From: Myxococcales bacterium
GTDB lineage: Bacteria; Myxococcota_A; Polyangia; Palsa-1104; JAEUJZ01
Assembly: GCA_016794505.1 (NCBI GenBank)
Contig: JAEUJZ010000076.1
Coordinates: 64,001-128,000, forward strand
DNA length: 64,000 nt
Reading direction: 5' to 3'
Shown: in pieces, positions 42,622 through 53,500 of the stretch
Layout: each line of letters starts with the position of its first letter
Numbering within the stretch: position 1 is the first letter of the stretch
Position numbers and translations under genes: made by a program
The notes under the pieces: model-generated
Told to the model about the DNA's origin: nothing
Databases searched by the model: none
What the model saw: only the letters and a program-made list of their open reading frames with translations

Positions 42622-43326
42622 TTACGGCGTCTCGCAGACGGGTGTCGACGGCGGGGTGAAGTGAAACAGGACGAACTGCGTCTCGCTCAGCGCAAACGGG
42701 TAATAGCCGCTGGCATAGCCGTGCAGCAGCGGCAGAAATGGGTTGCTGTCGACGGGCGAGCCCGGCTCGGCAAGCTGCCACTGAATGGCGTCCAAGGCAT
42801 CGCCTTGCGCATAGGACAAGTAGAACCGAGCGCTCTCTGCGACCGCGTCACCGAGTCGCTCGAGGTCCAGGGTAGGGCACAGGTATCCCCAGACAAACGA
42901 GCCATTGCACGGCATGATAAGTAGATGTCGATAGTCAAACTCGACTCCCTCGCGCAAGTACCGAGGAGCCGCGGCGCTGAGCGAGAACTGACAGCGCCTG
43001 TCGTGTGCCCCTAGCAGTGACTTGAGGGGCCCGAGCTTCCAGTCGAAGGCGCCGGGCTGGCGGACGCGGTGGCAGAGCGCGACGAACTCAGGCCAGCCGC
43101 CGTGGCGATGCTCGACATCAATGCGCGCGGCGAAGTGCTCGGGCGCGTGGCGATGCCCCAGATGCTGGTGGCCAAGCAGGTGGGCGTGTCCGATGGCGCT
43201 GGGCTGCGTCGGCGGCTCGAACCAGTCGATGTCTTGCCACAGGGACACGATGCGCAGGATCGCTGGCTCGGCGGCGCCGAAGTCATGGAGCGCAAGATCC
43301 ACGGTCAGCGGACCTTTCACGGACAC
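42622..43326 (-). CDS. hypothetical protein, His-rich ('GHAHLLGHQHLGHRH'); possibly a degenerate metallophosphoesterase-like protein
   Basis: 'VDLALHDFG' loosely resembles the GD motif region. Weak. Confidence 0.35.
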   Translation of the reverse strand: MSVKGPLTVDLALHDFGAAEPAILRIVSLWQDIDWFEPPTQPSAIGHAHLLGHQHLGHRHAPEHFAARIDVEHRHGGWPEFVALCHRVRQPGAFDWKLGPLKSLLGAHDRRCQFSLSAAAPRYLREGVEFDYRHLLIMPCNGSFVWGYLCPTLDLERLGDAVAESARFYLSYAQGDALDAIQWQLAEPGSPVDSNPFLPLLHGYASGYYPFALSETQFVLFHFTPPSTPVCETP

Positions 43327-43649
43327 AGCCTCCCCAGCCGACGCAGCGGCCGCTCGCGCAGCGCCTGCACAAGCTCGATGGCCTGCTCGCCCTGCACGAT
43401 GCCCACGCCCGAGATCAGCGAGCCGACGATGGGTCCGTGCTCGGTCTGCCCCAAATAAAAGATCCGCCCAGCGGGGATGCGCTCGGCCACGGCTTCGCTG
43501 AGCGCGTGCAGCGCCTGCGCAAAATCAGGGCGCCCACCGAGGAGCTTGCAGCGCGCGAGGCTCACGATCGCCTGATCGCGGCGCGACAGCGCAAAGCACC
43601 TGCGTATCTCGGCCGGCGGGACCTCGTCATGCGGCTGCGGCATGCCCAC
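43317..43649 (-). CDS. hypothetical protein; may be the N-terminal part of a frameshifted gene continued by 42622-43326
   Basis: 10-nt overlap in a different frame with the downstream ORF on the same strand. Confidence 0.3.
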   Translation of the reverse strand: MGMPQPHDEVPPAEIRRCFALSRRDQAIVSLARCKLLGGRPDFAQALHALSEAVAERIPAGRIFYLGQTEHGPIVGSLISGVGIVQGEQAIELVQALRERPLRRLGRLCP

Positions 43650-43736
43650 TCAGTCTAGCGCGGGTGCGATGGGCGGGCGGGCAGCGGCGCTCGGCTCGTC
43701 GTGGCAGCGCCGTCAGACCGCCCAACGACTCGGCGC

Positions 43737-45602
43737 CTACATCCGCTCGGGCACGGCGATCCCCAGAAGCGATAGACCGTGGCGCAGGGTCTTGGCCGCC
43801 AGATCGAGCAGCCCCAGGCGACTCGCCCGCTCGGCCGGCTCGGCCTTGAGCACCGGGACCTCGCTGTAAAACGTGCTGACTGCCCCGGCGAGCTCATACA
43901 GGTACTCGCACAGCGTGTGCGGCTTGCAGGACTCGGCGACTTTTTCGACGACCGCGCCATAGTCCAAGATGCGCCGCGCCAGCGCTCGCTCGGCTGGGTG
44001 CAGAAGCGTCGGTGCAGAAGCCGTGATGCCTTCGCTGGCCGCCTTGCGATGGATCGACCGCATGCGGGCATAGGCGTACTGGATGTACGGCGCCGTGTTG
44101 CCGTCGAGCGCCATGGCTTTATCGAGGTCAAAGTGAATGTCGGCGATGCGGTCGCGGCACAGATCGTTGTACTTGATAGCGCCGATACCGACGATGCGCG
44201 CCACTTCTTCGAGCTCGCTGGGACGTAGCTCGGCGTTCTTTTCGCGGGCCACGCTGCGCGCCTTTTCCGTCGCCATGTCCAAGAACTCGTCGAGCAAGGG
44301 CACGTTGCCCAGCCGCGTGCTGCCCGTCGACCAGTTCCCTTGTGCATCGCGGAACCGCATCGAGCCAAACGGCAGGTGCTCCAAGCTGGGCCCTGGATCC
44401 GCGTCGGATAGCAGGCCGGTCTTGCGCAGATAGGCCAGCGCCACGGCAAACACCTGCTTGAAGTGAAGCTGCTGCGGTGCCCCGACGACGTACAGGATGC
44501 GGCGCGGCGCGAACGTGCGCACGCGGTACTCGATGGTCGCGACATCCGTCGTGCCGTACAGAAACGCTCCGTCGGCCTTGCGCACCAGTAGCGGTGCCGG
44601 CGCACCTTCGACGGGACAGACGATCGCACCCAGACTTGGCTCGGCCAGACCGAGCTGCAGAAGCGACTCGACGAGCGCGGCCAAGCGGTCGTTGTAAAAG
44701 CTCTCGCCCAGCTCGTGATCGAACACGACACCAAGGCGGGCATAGGTGCGGTGGAATTCCTGCAGCGAGACGCGCACGAACTCTTGCCACAGCGCATGGT
44801 TTGCCGCGTCGCCGGCCTGCAGCTTGGCCAGCTCTTCGCGCGCCTGCGCCAGAAGCGGCGTCACCGCCTGGGGAGCCTCGTCATCGGCCCCGGCCCCCTC
44901 TTCGTCTTCGCCCTCGGCAGCGCGGCGATCGGGCTTCTTGATGCCCAGGCTCTGCGCCTGCGCTTTTTCTTCGCTGACGAACTTCTGATACAGCCGCACC
45001 AGCTCAGCGATGGGGGCGCGCTGATATGCCTCGACATCGAGCCAGCTGCGATACGCGACGATCAGCTTGCCGAACTGCGTGCCCCAGTCGCCCAAGTGGT
45101 TGTCGGTGATGACGCGATAGCCGACGGCGCGCAGCACGTGCGACAGCGCAGCACCGATGATCGTCGAGCGGATGTGCCCGATGTGCATCGGCTTGGCGAC
45201 GTTGGGCGACGAATAGTCGACGACCACGCTCTGCCCGGCGAAGCGCTGGCGCACGCCGTGGTGTTCGCTCTGCGCGTGGGCCGCAAGCAAGCGACCAAGA
45301 CAGGCATTATTCAGGTGCAGGTTGACGTAGCCGGGCCCGGCGATCTCGACCTTGGCCAGGTCGGGGTGTGAAGCGAGCGTGTCGACGACCAGCTGAGCCA
45401 GATCGCGCGGCTTTTTGCCGAGCGGCTTGGCAAGCTGCAGACAGCCTGCGATCTGCAGATCGCCGAACTCGGGACGGCTGGCCACCTGCACCGAGAGCTC
45501 GTCGGGAATGGCGGTGTGATGATCGCAGCGGGCGCGCAGTGCCGTCGCCGCGACGCGGCCTAGCTCGGCAGAAAGATCGAGGAGAGAGAGCGAGATCGAC
45601 AT
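43737..45602 (-). CDS. argS: arginine--tRNA ligase
   Basis: 'SSPNVAKPMHIGHIRSTIIG' is the HIGH motif. The class-I ArgRS N-terminal add-1 domain is present. 621 aa. Confidence 0.9.
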   Translation of the reverse strand: MSISLSLLDLSAELGRVAATALRARCDHHTAIPDELSVQVASRPEFGDLQIAGCLQLAKPLGKKPRDLAQLVVDTLASHPDLAKVEIAGPGYVNLHLNNACLGRLLAAHAQSEHHGVRQRFAGQSVVVDYSSPNVAKPMHIGHIRSTIIGAALSHVLRAVGYRVITDNHLGDWGTQFGKLIVAYRSWLDVEAYQRAPIAELVRLYQKFVSEEKAQAQSLGIKKPDRRAAEGEDEEGAGADDEAPQAVTPLLAQAREELAKLQAGDAANHALWQEFVRVSLQEFHRTYARLGVVFDHELGESFYNDRLAALVESLLQLGLAEPSLGAIVCPVEGAPAPLLVRKADGAFLYGTTDVATIEYRVRTFAPRRILYVVGAPQQLHFKQVFAVALAYLRKTGLLSDADPGPSLEHLPFGSMRFRDAQGNWSTGSTRLGNVPLLDEFLDMATEKARSVAREKNAELRPSELEEVARIVGIGAIKYNDLCRDRIADIHFDLDKAMALDGNTAPYIQYAYARMRSIHRKAASEGITASAPTLLHPAERALARRILDYGAVVEKVAESCKPHTLCEYLYELAGAVSTFYSEVPVLKAEPAERASRLGLLDLAAKTLRHGLSLLGIAVPERM

Positions 45603-45756
45603 GGGCCGGCGAGGGTATCAACCTCGCTGCCACGAATCAATGGACGCCCCCAGACATCGGTCAAAGACACCGGGCGAGACACTGCACGACGACGCCCCAA
45701 GACGACCGTCGAAGACGGCGCCCCAAGGTGGCCGGGCTGCGCTGCGACGCGTGCGG

Positions 45757-46338
45757 CTAGCGGTAATTGATGCCGCCGCCGCCGACGCTGCCAATGCCGA
45801 AGGAGGCACCGCCAGAGCCGGTGTCCGCCACAGCCTGCCCAACCGAGGGTAGCTCGGGCTCTTTGGGTGGCTCGGGCTGATTCAAGATCTCTTCGCGCCC
45901 TGGTGTCGGGATGATCATCACGGGCACGGGGCTCCTCGCCGCAAGCTGATTGGACACCGAGCCAAGCAGCGCCCGCTTCAACATGCCCTTGCCGTGGCTG
46001 CCGACGACGACGAAGTCCGGCTTAAGCTCTTTGATCAAGGACAGCATGCCTTCCATGGGCGAGATTCCCAGGCGCACGTGGACCTCGCCATCGATGCGCG
46101 CCCCAAGCTGCAGAAGCAAGCGCTGCAGGCTAGCCCGCGCGTCTTTTGCCTCGGGGAATTCGCTGGGGATGTTCAGGCCCAGGTTGGTGTTGGCGACAAA
46201 GCCGTCGCCCTTGGCGATGTGGGCCAGGTGCAGGCGAGCGCCGCAGGCCTCGGCCAAGCGGGCGGCATGCTGGATGGCCAGGTTCGAGCTATCGCTGAAG
46301 TCGATCCCAACCAAGATGTGAATCTTCGTGTTGTTCAT
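45757..46338 (-). CDS. universal stress protein (UspA family) with Gly-rich C-terminal tail
   Basis: 'IHILVGIDFSDSSNLAIQHA...DFVVVGSHGKGMLKRALLGSVSNQLAARSPVPVMII'. GGGAAGGA RBS. Confidence 0.75.
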   Translation of the reverse strand: MNNTKIHILVGIDFSDSSNLAIQHAARLAEACGARLHLAHIAKGDGFVANTNLGLNIPSEFPEAKDARASLQRLLLQLGARIDGEVHVRLGISPMEGMLSLIKELKPDFVVVGSHGKGMLKRALLGSVSNQLAARSPVPVMIIPTPGREEILNQPEPPKEPELPSVGQAVADTGSGGASFGIGSVGGGGINYR

Positions 46339-46503
46339 CGGTCCTTCCCTGCCTTCGGCGCCGCAGCGCCGCAAAAGAGGCTCCGCTTGGCGTATGCCCC
46401 GATCCAAAATTTGCGCCCCCTGGCCGGCGGGAGGCGACCTGCCGATCGCGAAGCCGCGCAGGCGATGCGCAAAACGCAAGGCCTGTGCAGCTTTTGCGCG
46501 ATG

Positions 46504-47025
46504 CTACGTGCGCAGGAACTTGGCGTGGCTGCCTGCCACTCGCGCCTCGTCCGCGGCTTGGCCGGGGTGATAGGTCGAGTACACGAACACCGGGATGCCC
46601 AGATCGCTCAGGTGCTGCTGGACAAGCGGCTGCACCTTGGCCCAGTCCATGCCACCCAAGCCCGTCGCCAAGCGCGGCAGAGCCAGGCTCGTGATCTTCT
46701 CTTTTGCGACGATGCCTCGCAGGTCGCGAAGGGCGTGGTTGACGTGCTCGATCTTGGCCCGGCCGGGGTGGGCTTTTTCGCTCGCAGCGGCTTCCTGCGT
46801 CAGCAGGCTGACGATGTATAGACCGTCGCTGCTCTTCCATGTCCAGGCTCCGCCGGACGCGGCGTGCTGCACGTGGCAGTAGTGGCGGAAGTCCTTGGCC
46901 ATGGCCGGCCAGCGCTCGCGCAGGGCCAACGCCAAGCCGCGATCCATGTGGTCGTTGGGCGCGACGCCGTGAGCGATGGCATGCGCCTTGGTCAGAAGAA
47001 TGTCGCCGGTCACTTCAAACAGCAT
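46504..47025 (-). CDS. macro domain (ADP-ribose binding / O-acetyl-ADP-ribose deacetylase-like) protein
   Basis: 'MLFEVTGDILLTKAHAIAHGVAPNDHMDRGLALALRERWP'. GGAGGA RBS. Confidence 0.7.
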   Translation of the reverse strand: MLFEVTGDILLTKAHAIAHGVAPNDHMDRGLALALRERWPAMAKDFRHYCHVQHAASGGAWTWKSSDGLYIVSLLTQEAAASEKAHPGRAKIEHVNHALRDLRGIVAKEKITSLALPRLATGLGGMDWAKVQPLVQQHLSDLGIPVFVYSTYHPGQAADEARVAGSHAKFLRT

Positions 47026-47089
47026 CGGATTCCTCCAGAAGTTGCGTGGGGTTGGGGGATGCAATCAGGCAGTTACAAGAAGCGTGCCG

Positions 47090-48217
47090 ATGCGCGCGTC
47101 GCGATATAATCACGCACTCGTGAGTGACTCTTCAACCTCACAGCCGATCTTGGTTGCATCCGGTCCTTTGGACCGTCGGTTCGACCCGTTTCGGTTCTTT
47201 AAGTGGGGCGGACTGCTGCTCGGCGTACTGACGCTGATCGCGACGTTCATCTATTGGGGCTTAGGCAAGTACTATCACCGCCCCGACTGGACGGTGATGA
47301 ACTGCCTGTTCATGGTGGTGATCACGCTCACCACCATCGGCTATGGCGACTGGCTTGAGCTCAAGAACCTGTATGCCGCGGAAGCCTTCACGATGCTTCT
47401 GGCGATGATCGGCATCGCGGTGCCCGCCTTTGTCATTTCGAATGTCACGGCCCTCATCGTCGAGGGCTTGTTCACCGAGCGCTTTCGGAGACGTCGCATG
47501 GATAAGCTTATGGCCGCGCTAAAGGACCACATCATCGTCTGCGGCGTCGGCACCACCGGCACGCACTGCTTAAGCGAGCTGATGTGGACGGGACGATCGG
47601 TCGTCGGCATCGACAAAGATGAAAACAAGCTGCGTCACCTGTGCGAAGAGATCGGCGAGTTCCCATATGTCGTCGGATCGGCCGAGTCAGACGAGGTGCT
47701 GAAGCAGGCCGGCATCGAGCGCGCATCGGGGCTGATCGCCTGTCTGACCGACGACAAAGACAACGTGTTCGTGACGCTGACGGCGCGCTCGATGAATCGT
47801 CACCTGCGCATCATCAGCAAGGTTCTCGACGAGACCAGCCGCCGCAAGATGGTCATCGCGGGCGCCAACAACACCGTGAACCCAACCGCCGTAGGTGGCC
47901 TGCGCCTAGTGTCCGAGCTCGTGCGGCCGAACGTCGTCACGTTTCTCGACAGCATGATGCGCGACCGCAGTGCGCATCACCGCTTTGAAGAGATCGAAGT
48001 CGAGCCCGGCTCGGAAGTCGCGGAAAAGACGCTGGCGCAGGCCAACCTGCGCGGCAAGGGCAAGGCGCTGGTGGTCGCGGCCAAGCGGCCCGGCGAAAAG
48101 GCGTTCATCTACAACCCGACCGCGGATCTGGTGCTAGAGCCAGGCTTGGTGCTGGTGCTCTTGGCCAGCCTGCAAGATCTACAGAACCTGCGCCCGCAGT
48201 TCCGCAGCCCGGCCTAG
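47090..48217 (+). CDS. 2TM potassium channel with C-terminal RCK (TrkA-N) domain
   Basis: Selectivity filter 'TTIGYGD'. Rossmann motif 'HIIVCGVGTTGTH'. A TATAAT hexamer lies inside the first codons, so an internal GTG at 47120 is a possible leaderless start. Confidence 0.8.
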   Translation: MRASRYNHALVSDSSTSQPILVASGPLDRRFDPFRFFKWGGLLLGVLTLIATFIYWGLGKYYHRPDWTVMNCLFMVVITLTTIGYGDWLELKNLYAAEAFTMLLAMIGIAVPAFVISNVTALIVEGLFTERFRRRRMDKLMAALKDHIIVCGVGTTGTHCLSELMWTGRSVVGIDKDENKLRHLCEEIGEFPYVVGSAESDEVLKQAGIERASGLIACLTDDKDNVFVTLTARSMNRHLRIISKVLDETSRRKMVIAGANNTVNPTAVGGLRLVSELVRPNVVTFLDSMMRDRSAHHRFEEIEVEPGSEVAEKTLAQANLRGKGKALVVAAKRPGEKAFIYNPTADLVLEPGLVLVLLASLQDLQNLRPQFRSPA

Positions 48218-48220
48218 GAG

Positions 48221-48333
48221 AGTATCTTATTTATCAATTAATAATCTGATAGGATAATAAAATATAATTTGTTTCGCTTTATTATACTGATTCATTTTTG
48301 CTCAAACGATTTGTTTTCTGTTTCAGTCTTCCC
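48221..48333. promoter_or_regulatory. about 110-bp AT-rich tract immediately upstream of the EAD-MoxR-vWA locus
   Basis: Seen directly. Shares ATTAATAATC with 22352-22462. Probable promoter/UP/nucleoid-protein region. Confidence 0.5.
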
Positions 48334-48425
48334 GGCAGCGAGCGCCAAGCGCGGCAGGCTCTTCGTCGCTAGCGGCCGCGCGAAAGATCGTCAGAATCCG
48401 CCCGCTCATCGCGTATGTTCCCCGC

Positions 48426-49487
48426 ATGGATGCGTGGGTGCGCAAGCGCTTGTTCGAGTTTCTCAAGGCGGACTCTGACTTTGAGGCGTTCTGTCAGGAC
48501 CACTTCCCCGAGACCGCGCAGCGCTTCGGAGCCGCGATGGATCGCCAGGCGCGCATCAGCCTGCTCTTGCAGCGCGAAGGCGCAAAGCCCGTTCTGCAGA
48601 AGCTGCGCGACGAGTTTCCCGGCCTGATCCCCGCCGGACCGCCGTCGAGCGACCCCGATGTGCGCGCCGAGGTCTCGCTGCGCCAGCGCGCGTTTGGGCA
48701 CGGCGATCCCTATCTGCACTGCGATCGCGGCAAGCAGTTCGCGTACATGCGCGGCGCGATGGCGCGACCCGATCATCAGGTCGTGCTCTTGCCGGGCAGC
48801 CAGGGCGAGGCGCACGAGTTTTTCTTGGCCCGCCTGGAAGTCGCGCTGCCGGGTGAGATCCCGCGCAAGGTGCTGCGCGTGCCGTGGCGCAAGGCGCGTC
48901 CGCCCTCGCCGAGCTTTCCCGTCGACCGCCGCGACTTCGAGGCCGCGCTCTTGCTGGCGCTGGGTCATCCGCCGTCGAGCGAGACCCCGCTTGCGAGCGC
49001 GCTGTCGCGCACCCTGCAGCACCATGTGTTGGTCCTTTTGCATCCCGTCGTGCGGCGTGGGTACGAGCACGCGGCGCTCGTGCAGTACTACACCGACTGG
49101 CTGCCGACGCTGCTTTCATCGCTGCGCACCGAATACCCGTGCAAGCTGGTGCAGCCGATCGAGTGGCAGCCCGCGCCCCCAAAGTCCTCGCCGGACGCCA
49201 CGCCAAGCGCTGTCCCGACGAGCAGCGAAGCCGCCGCCCGCGATCTGATCCGCCGCTTGATGAGCCAGCGCAAGGCGAAGCTGATCATCGAGGCCACCAA
49301 CGATCTGGCGCCGATCACGCGGCCCGATATCGACGATTTTTTGACCGTGGTCGGCTACGCCAGCAGCCTGCCGCCCGACGAGTGCAACGCTGCCCGCGAA
49401 GCCTTCCTGACCGCCGTTTTCAGCGAGGGCGCCAGCTCAGAACAGATCCTGCGCAAGATCCACGAGGAACTTCCCGACGACCTGTGA
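48426..49487 (+). CDS. hypothetical protein with N-terminal alpha-helical effector-associated-domain (EAD)-like module
   Basis: 'MDAWVRKRLFEFLKADSDFEAFCQDHFPETAQRF' is a short helical bundle of the kind found at the N-termini of NTPase-coupled conflict-system proteins. No recognisable enzymatic motif. Confidence 0.5.
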   Translation: MDAWVRKRLFEFLKADSDFEAFCQDHFPETAQRFGAAMDRQARISLLLQREGAKPVLQKLRDEFPGLIPAGPPSSDPDVRAEVSLRQRAFGHGDPYLHCDRGKQFAYMRGAMARPDHQVVLLPGSQGEAHEFFLARLEVALPGEIPRKVLRVPWRKARPPSPSFPVDRRDFEAALLLALGHPPSSETPLASALSRTLQHHVLVLLHPVVRRGYEHAALVQYYTDWLPTLLSSLRTEYPCKLVQPIEWQPAPPKSSPDATPSAVPTSSEAAARDLIRRLMSQRKAKLIIEATNDLAPITRPDIDDFLTVVGYASSLPPDECNAAREAFLTAVFSEGASSEQILRKIHEELPDDL

Positions 49488-49543
49488 CTTCTGCGCCAAG
49501 GCCCAGGCTCAGGCCGAGGCCAGCGCCGACGAAGGACTTCGCC

Positions 49544-50587
49544 ATGCCCAGCACGCCATCGACTTCTCATGCGCCGCACAGCCTGTCCGCCTCGACGGGA
49601 TCCACCCGCACGCAGGCCGCCGACCGGCTTTACCTTTTGTACGAAGGCCAGGGCAGAGCCGCGGGCAGCGCCGCCGTCACACGGGGCGAGCGTGGCGCGT
49701 ATCTCGCCGATGTACGCCTGCGCGATGCCGTACGCACCGCGGTCGCCCTCGAAAAGCCGCTGCTCGTCACGGGCGAGCCGGGCTGCGGCAAGACGGCGCT
49801 GGCCTGGTCCGTCGCATCCGAGCTCGGCTTGGGCGAGCCGCTGACCTTTCACACCCGCAGCGACCATCACGCCGTCGATGTGCTGTACAGCTTCGATCAC
49901 ATCCTGCGCTTCTTCGACGCGCAGACGCAGGAGGAGCGGGCCAAGAGTCCCGAAAACTACATCAAGCTCGAAGCGCTCGGCCGCGCCATCGTCGAGTCCG
50001 ACCCCAGCCCGCGTGGCGCCGAGTGGCGGGCTCGCTTGGCGCAAGACGACGGCATCGCCGAGGTGCCGCTGGGCCGTCGCGTCGTCCTTATCGACGAGAT
50101 CGACAAGGCGCCGCGCGACTTTCCCAACGACCTGCTCGACGAGTTCGACCGCATGCAGTTTCGCGTCAAGGAAAAGCCCGGCCTGCGCTTTACCGCGTCG
50201 CTGCGGCCGATCGTGATCATCACCAGCAACAGCGAACGCCAGCTTCCCGATCCGTTTTTGCGTCGCTGCGTCTATCACGGCATCGACTTTCCCGATCCGC
50301 CGACGCTGGAAAAGATCCTGCGGCAGCGCATCGCGCCCGATCTGCCCGACCAGCTTGTGCAGGCCGCTCTCGATCGCTTCCGTGAGCTGCGTCAGCGCGG
50401 CGAAGAAAAGCTGCTGGAAAAGAAGCCCGCGACCGCTGAGCTCGAAGCCTGGGTGCGCATGCTGCTTCTGGCTCGCGTTCCCGTCGAGAAAATCGCCGAA
50501 AGTCCGCTCGCCGAGCTGCCCAACGTCAGCGTGCTGATCAAGACCGAAAAGGATCTGACATGGATCCGCAAGCAGACCACGCGCTAG
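49544..50587 (+). CDS. MoxR-family AAA+ ATPase
   Basis: AAGGA RBS. Walker A 'GEPGCGKT'; Walker B 'VVLIDEIDKAPRD'; sensor-1 'IVIITSNS'; 'PDPFLRRC' arginine-finger region. Confidence 0.85.
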   Translation: MPSTPSTSHAPHSLSASTGSTRTQAADRLYLLYEGQGRAAGSAAVTRGERGAYLADVRLRDAVRTAVALEKPLLVTGEPGCGKTALAWSVASELGLGEPLTFHTRSDHHAVDVLYSFDHILRFFDAQTQEERAKSPENYIKLEALGRAIVESDPSPRGAEWRARLAQDDGIAEVPLGRRVVLIDEIDKAPRDFPNDLLDEFDRMQFRVKEKPGLRFTASLRPIVIITSNSERQLPDPFLRRCVYHGIDFPDPPTLEKILRQRIAPDLPDQLVQAALDRFRELRQRGEEKLLEKKPATAELEAWVRMLLLARVPVEKIAESPLAELPNVSVLIKTEKDLTWIRKQTTR

Positions 50588-53500
50588 ACGATCCGAGCGC
50601 AGCGATGGACCCTGCGCGCGATCCAGCGTCGCCCTTGTCGGCGTTTCTGGCCGTGCTGCGGACGCGTGGCGTGCCGATCGGCATCGCCCAGCACATCGAG
50701 GCCGCGCGCCTGCTTTCGCTTCTGCGCCCGACCTGCGACGTGCAGTCGCTGGCGCGAAGCCTGGGCGCGCTGCTCGGTCGCGACGGCAAAGAAGCGCGCC
50801 TGGTCGAAAACCTGTTCCTCAACGAGTTCGCCGAGGCGTTTCACTTTGCCGACTATGGCCCTGAGCTTCCGGCCGTGCGTCAAGCCGCGCTGCGCAAGCT
50901 CGTCGAGCGCGCCGAGCACACGACCCCGGCCGATGACGCGCGCCGACGACGCAGGGCGGCGCTGCGCTGGATCGTTCCGAGCGCTGTGGTCTTTGTTGCC
51001 GTGCTGGCGGGATTGGCCGTGTTTCTGCGTCGCCCCGCACCCTCGCCGCCGCCCACGCCGAGCCCACAAACCCAAGCACCACCCACCGCGCCGATCCCGT
51101 GGACCGAGTTGCTGGAACCGGAAGCCACTCCGCCCGATCTTCGCAGCGAGCCCGTAGTCAGCGATCCGCGCTGGCTGCTCTTGATCCTGTTGTCGCTCGT
51201 GGGGACGCTGCCTTTTTCTGCGCTCTGGTTGGCTCGCAGCTATGGCCCGCGACGCAGGCAGGCGCGCAAGGAACACGCGCGAGCGTTCTGGAGCAAAGCG
51301 CGCGAGCAGCTTGACGGCCCGGTCACGCCGCAGCTTCGCTTGCCGCCCGTGCCGCCGCCGCTCGATCGCGGTGATCTCGACGACATGGCGACGCTCTTGG
51401 GCCGCAGCGACGAGCGGCAGCCGACGCGCCAGATCGATGGCGAGGGGACGGCGCGGGCGACAATCGCCCTCGGCAACACGCCCAAGCTGGTGTGGCGCGA
51501 GCGCAAGCTGGCGCGAAGGCTGTTGATCCTGTGCGATGTGTGCAGCGACATGCGGCCGTGGCAGCACAAGACCGCGGCGCTGATCGATGGCCTGCGTCGA
51601 CGTGGCGTGCCGCTCTCCGTGCGCTATTTCGATGGCTCGGCAGATCTGCTACGTGCCGATGAAGACAGCGCGTATGAGCCCTTATCGCTGACCCTGCTTC
51701 AGAATGCCGGCGCCGCGCTGCTGGTGCTGAGCACGGGCCGCGATGCCCGCGATCCCCATCGCCCCGGCCAGCTTGCGCGCTGGATTCGTGAGGCGAGTGA
51801 GCGCGTGCCGCTGCGCGTGTGGCTGAACCCGCTTTCGCCGCGTCGGCTGTGGCGTCCCGAGCTACGTAAGGCGCGCTTTCCCATGCGCGTCTTGCCGATG
51901 ACGCCCAAGGGCCTGACCGCCGCCGCGTATGAGCTAGCGCTGGGCAGCGAGCGACGCCTGCACATCCCCGACGCCCGCGTGCAGCCCGCCCGCGAAGCCA
52001 GCGAGTCCGACGTGCAGCGCTTGGAAGAGCTGATCGCGCTGTATCCCGATGCGCCGCTTGATGTCGTCGAGTGGCTGTGGCGTCGCTTCCTGCCTGACGT
52101 GCCCGACGACGTGCTGGCCCTGACGCTGGACGAAGAAGACGTGCGCTGGAACAGCGTGCAGTGGAGCGACGAGCGTCTGGCCGCCGCCCTGAATCGCCTG
52201 CGGATGCGCGACGCGGGCAAGGAGCCGCCGGAGCGCATCGAAGAACAGGCGCGGCGCGAGCTTTTCCGCCTGCTCGACGACAGCGCGCAGACGATGGTGC
52301 GCGACAGTGTCGGCCAGCTTCGCCTGCGCCTGTTGGCGGCGCTGCAGCAGATTTATCTGCACGGCCCCGGCGACCAAGAAGCCGCGCTGGCGACGCTGCG
52401 CAGCCTGCTGCGCGGCCCGATCTACAGCGAGGTGGCCGAGGCCATTTTCCTGATCGGCGGGCCGGCGGACATGCCGCAAGCGGGCATCCTGCCCATCGCA
52501 CTGCCGACGATCGACGCGCTGCGCAGCGAGTTCCCCCAGCTTGTGCAAAGCGGCGTCGAGTACGTGGCCGAGGTGTCATCCGATGCGACGCTGCCCAAGG
52601 GCGGAAAGCCCGCGTCCGTGCCCTGGCCGCGCCCGATGCTGCGTGACATCGCCCCCGCGCTGGGGCTGCCGGCTCTGGCGCTGCTGGGGCAGTGGTGGCT
52701 CGGCGGGTGGGGCCGTCCGGTTCTGCCCGAGCCTGCGTATCGGCTCACCGTGCAAGCGACCGACAGCGAGCACGTGCGGCTCGTCGTCCAAGCGACGCGA
52801 TCCGGTCTGCCGACGAGCGGTCGTCTGTGCCAGGACGCCACGTGCCGCCGCTCAACCGAGCGGACCTGGGATGCGGCGAGCGGATTTGTCCAGAGCCGAA
52901 CCGCAGAGCGTCAGGAAATCCACCTGCGCGCGAGGCTGAGGGGCGGAAAGCTGCTGTACAGCAACGCCGTCGCGATCCCCAAGCGCGTGCCGCCCGCGCC
53001 CCCCATCGAAGAGCCGTCCATGCCGCCCGTCGAAGAGCCGCCCGAAAAACCGCCTGAGCCGGTCGTCGCAGCGGCGATGCAGGGCAGTCTGCGCCTGCGG
53101 TTTATCGATGCGCAAGATGGCCGTGCCGTCGTGGGGGTGCGGTACAGCGTGATCGACGCCAAGGGGCAGAAGCAGAGCGGGCAAGGCGTGCTGCAGAAGT
53201 CGCTGCCCATCGGAGCCGCCAAAATCACCGCACAAGCCGCGGGGTATGCGCCGCGTACCGTGACCGTCACGATCAAGGCCGGGCTAGAGCAAGAGGTGCA
53301 GTACCCATTGACGACACAGCAAGCCAAGCCCGACCCACTGCCCCTCATCGCTGCGAGCCCACCGGACATGGCAACGCCCGCACCGCCGCCGGATCTAAGC
53401 AGCCCCGTGGATCAGGCGAGCCCGGCGCCAGCCGTTGCGTTTCGACTTGCGCGCTGGCTGACGATCCCCGGCGGGACGTTCACGATGGGCAGTGAACGCC

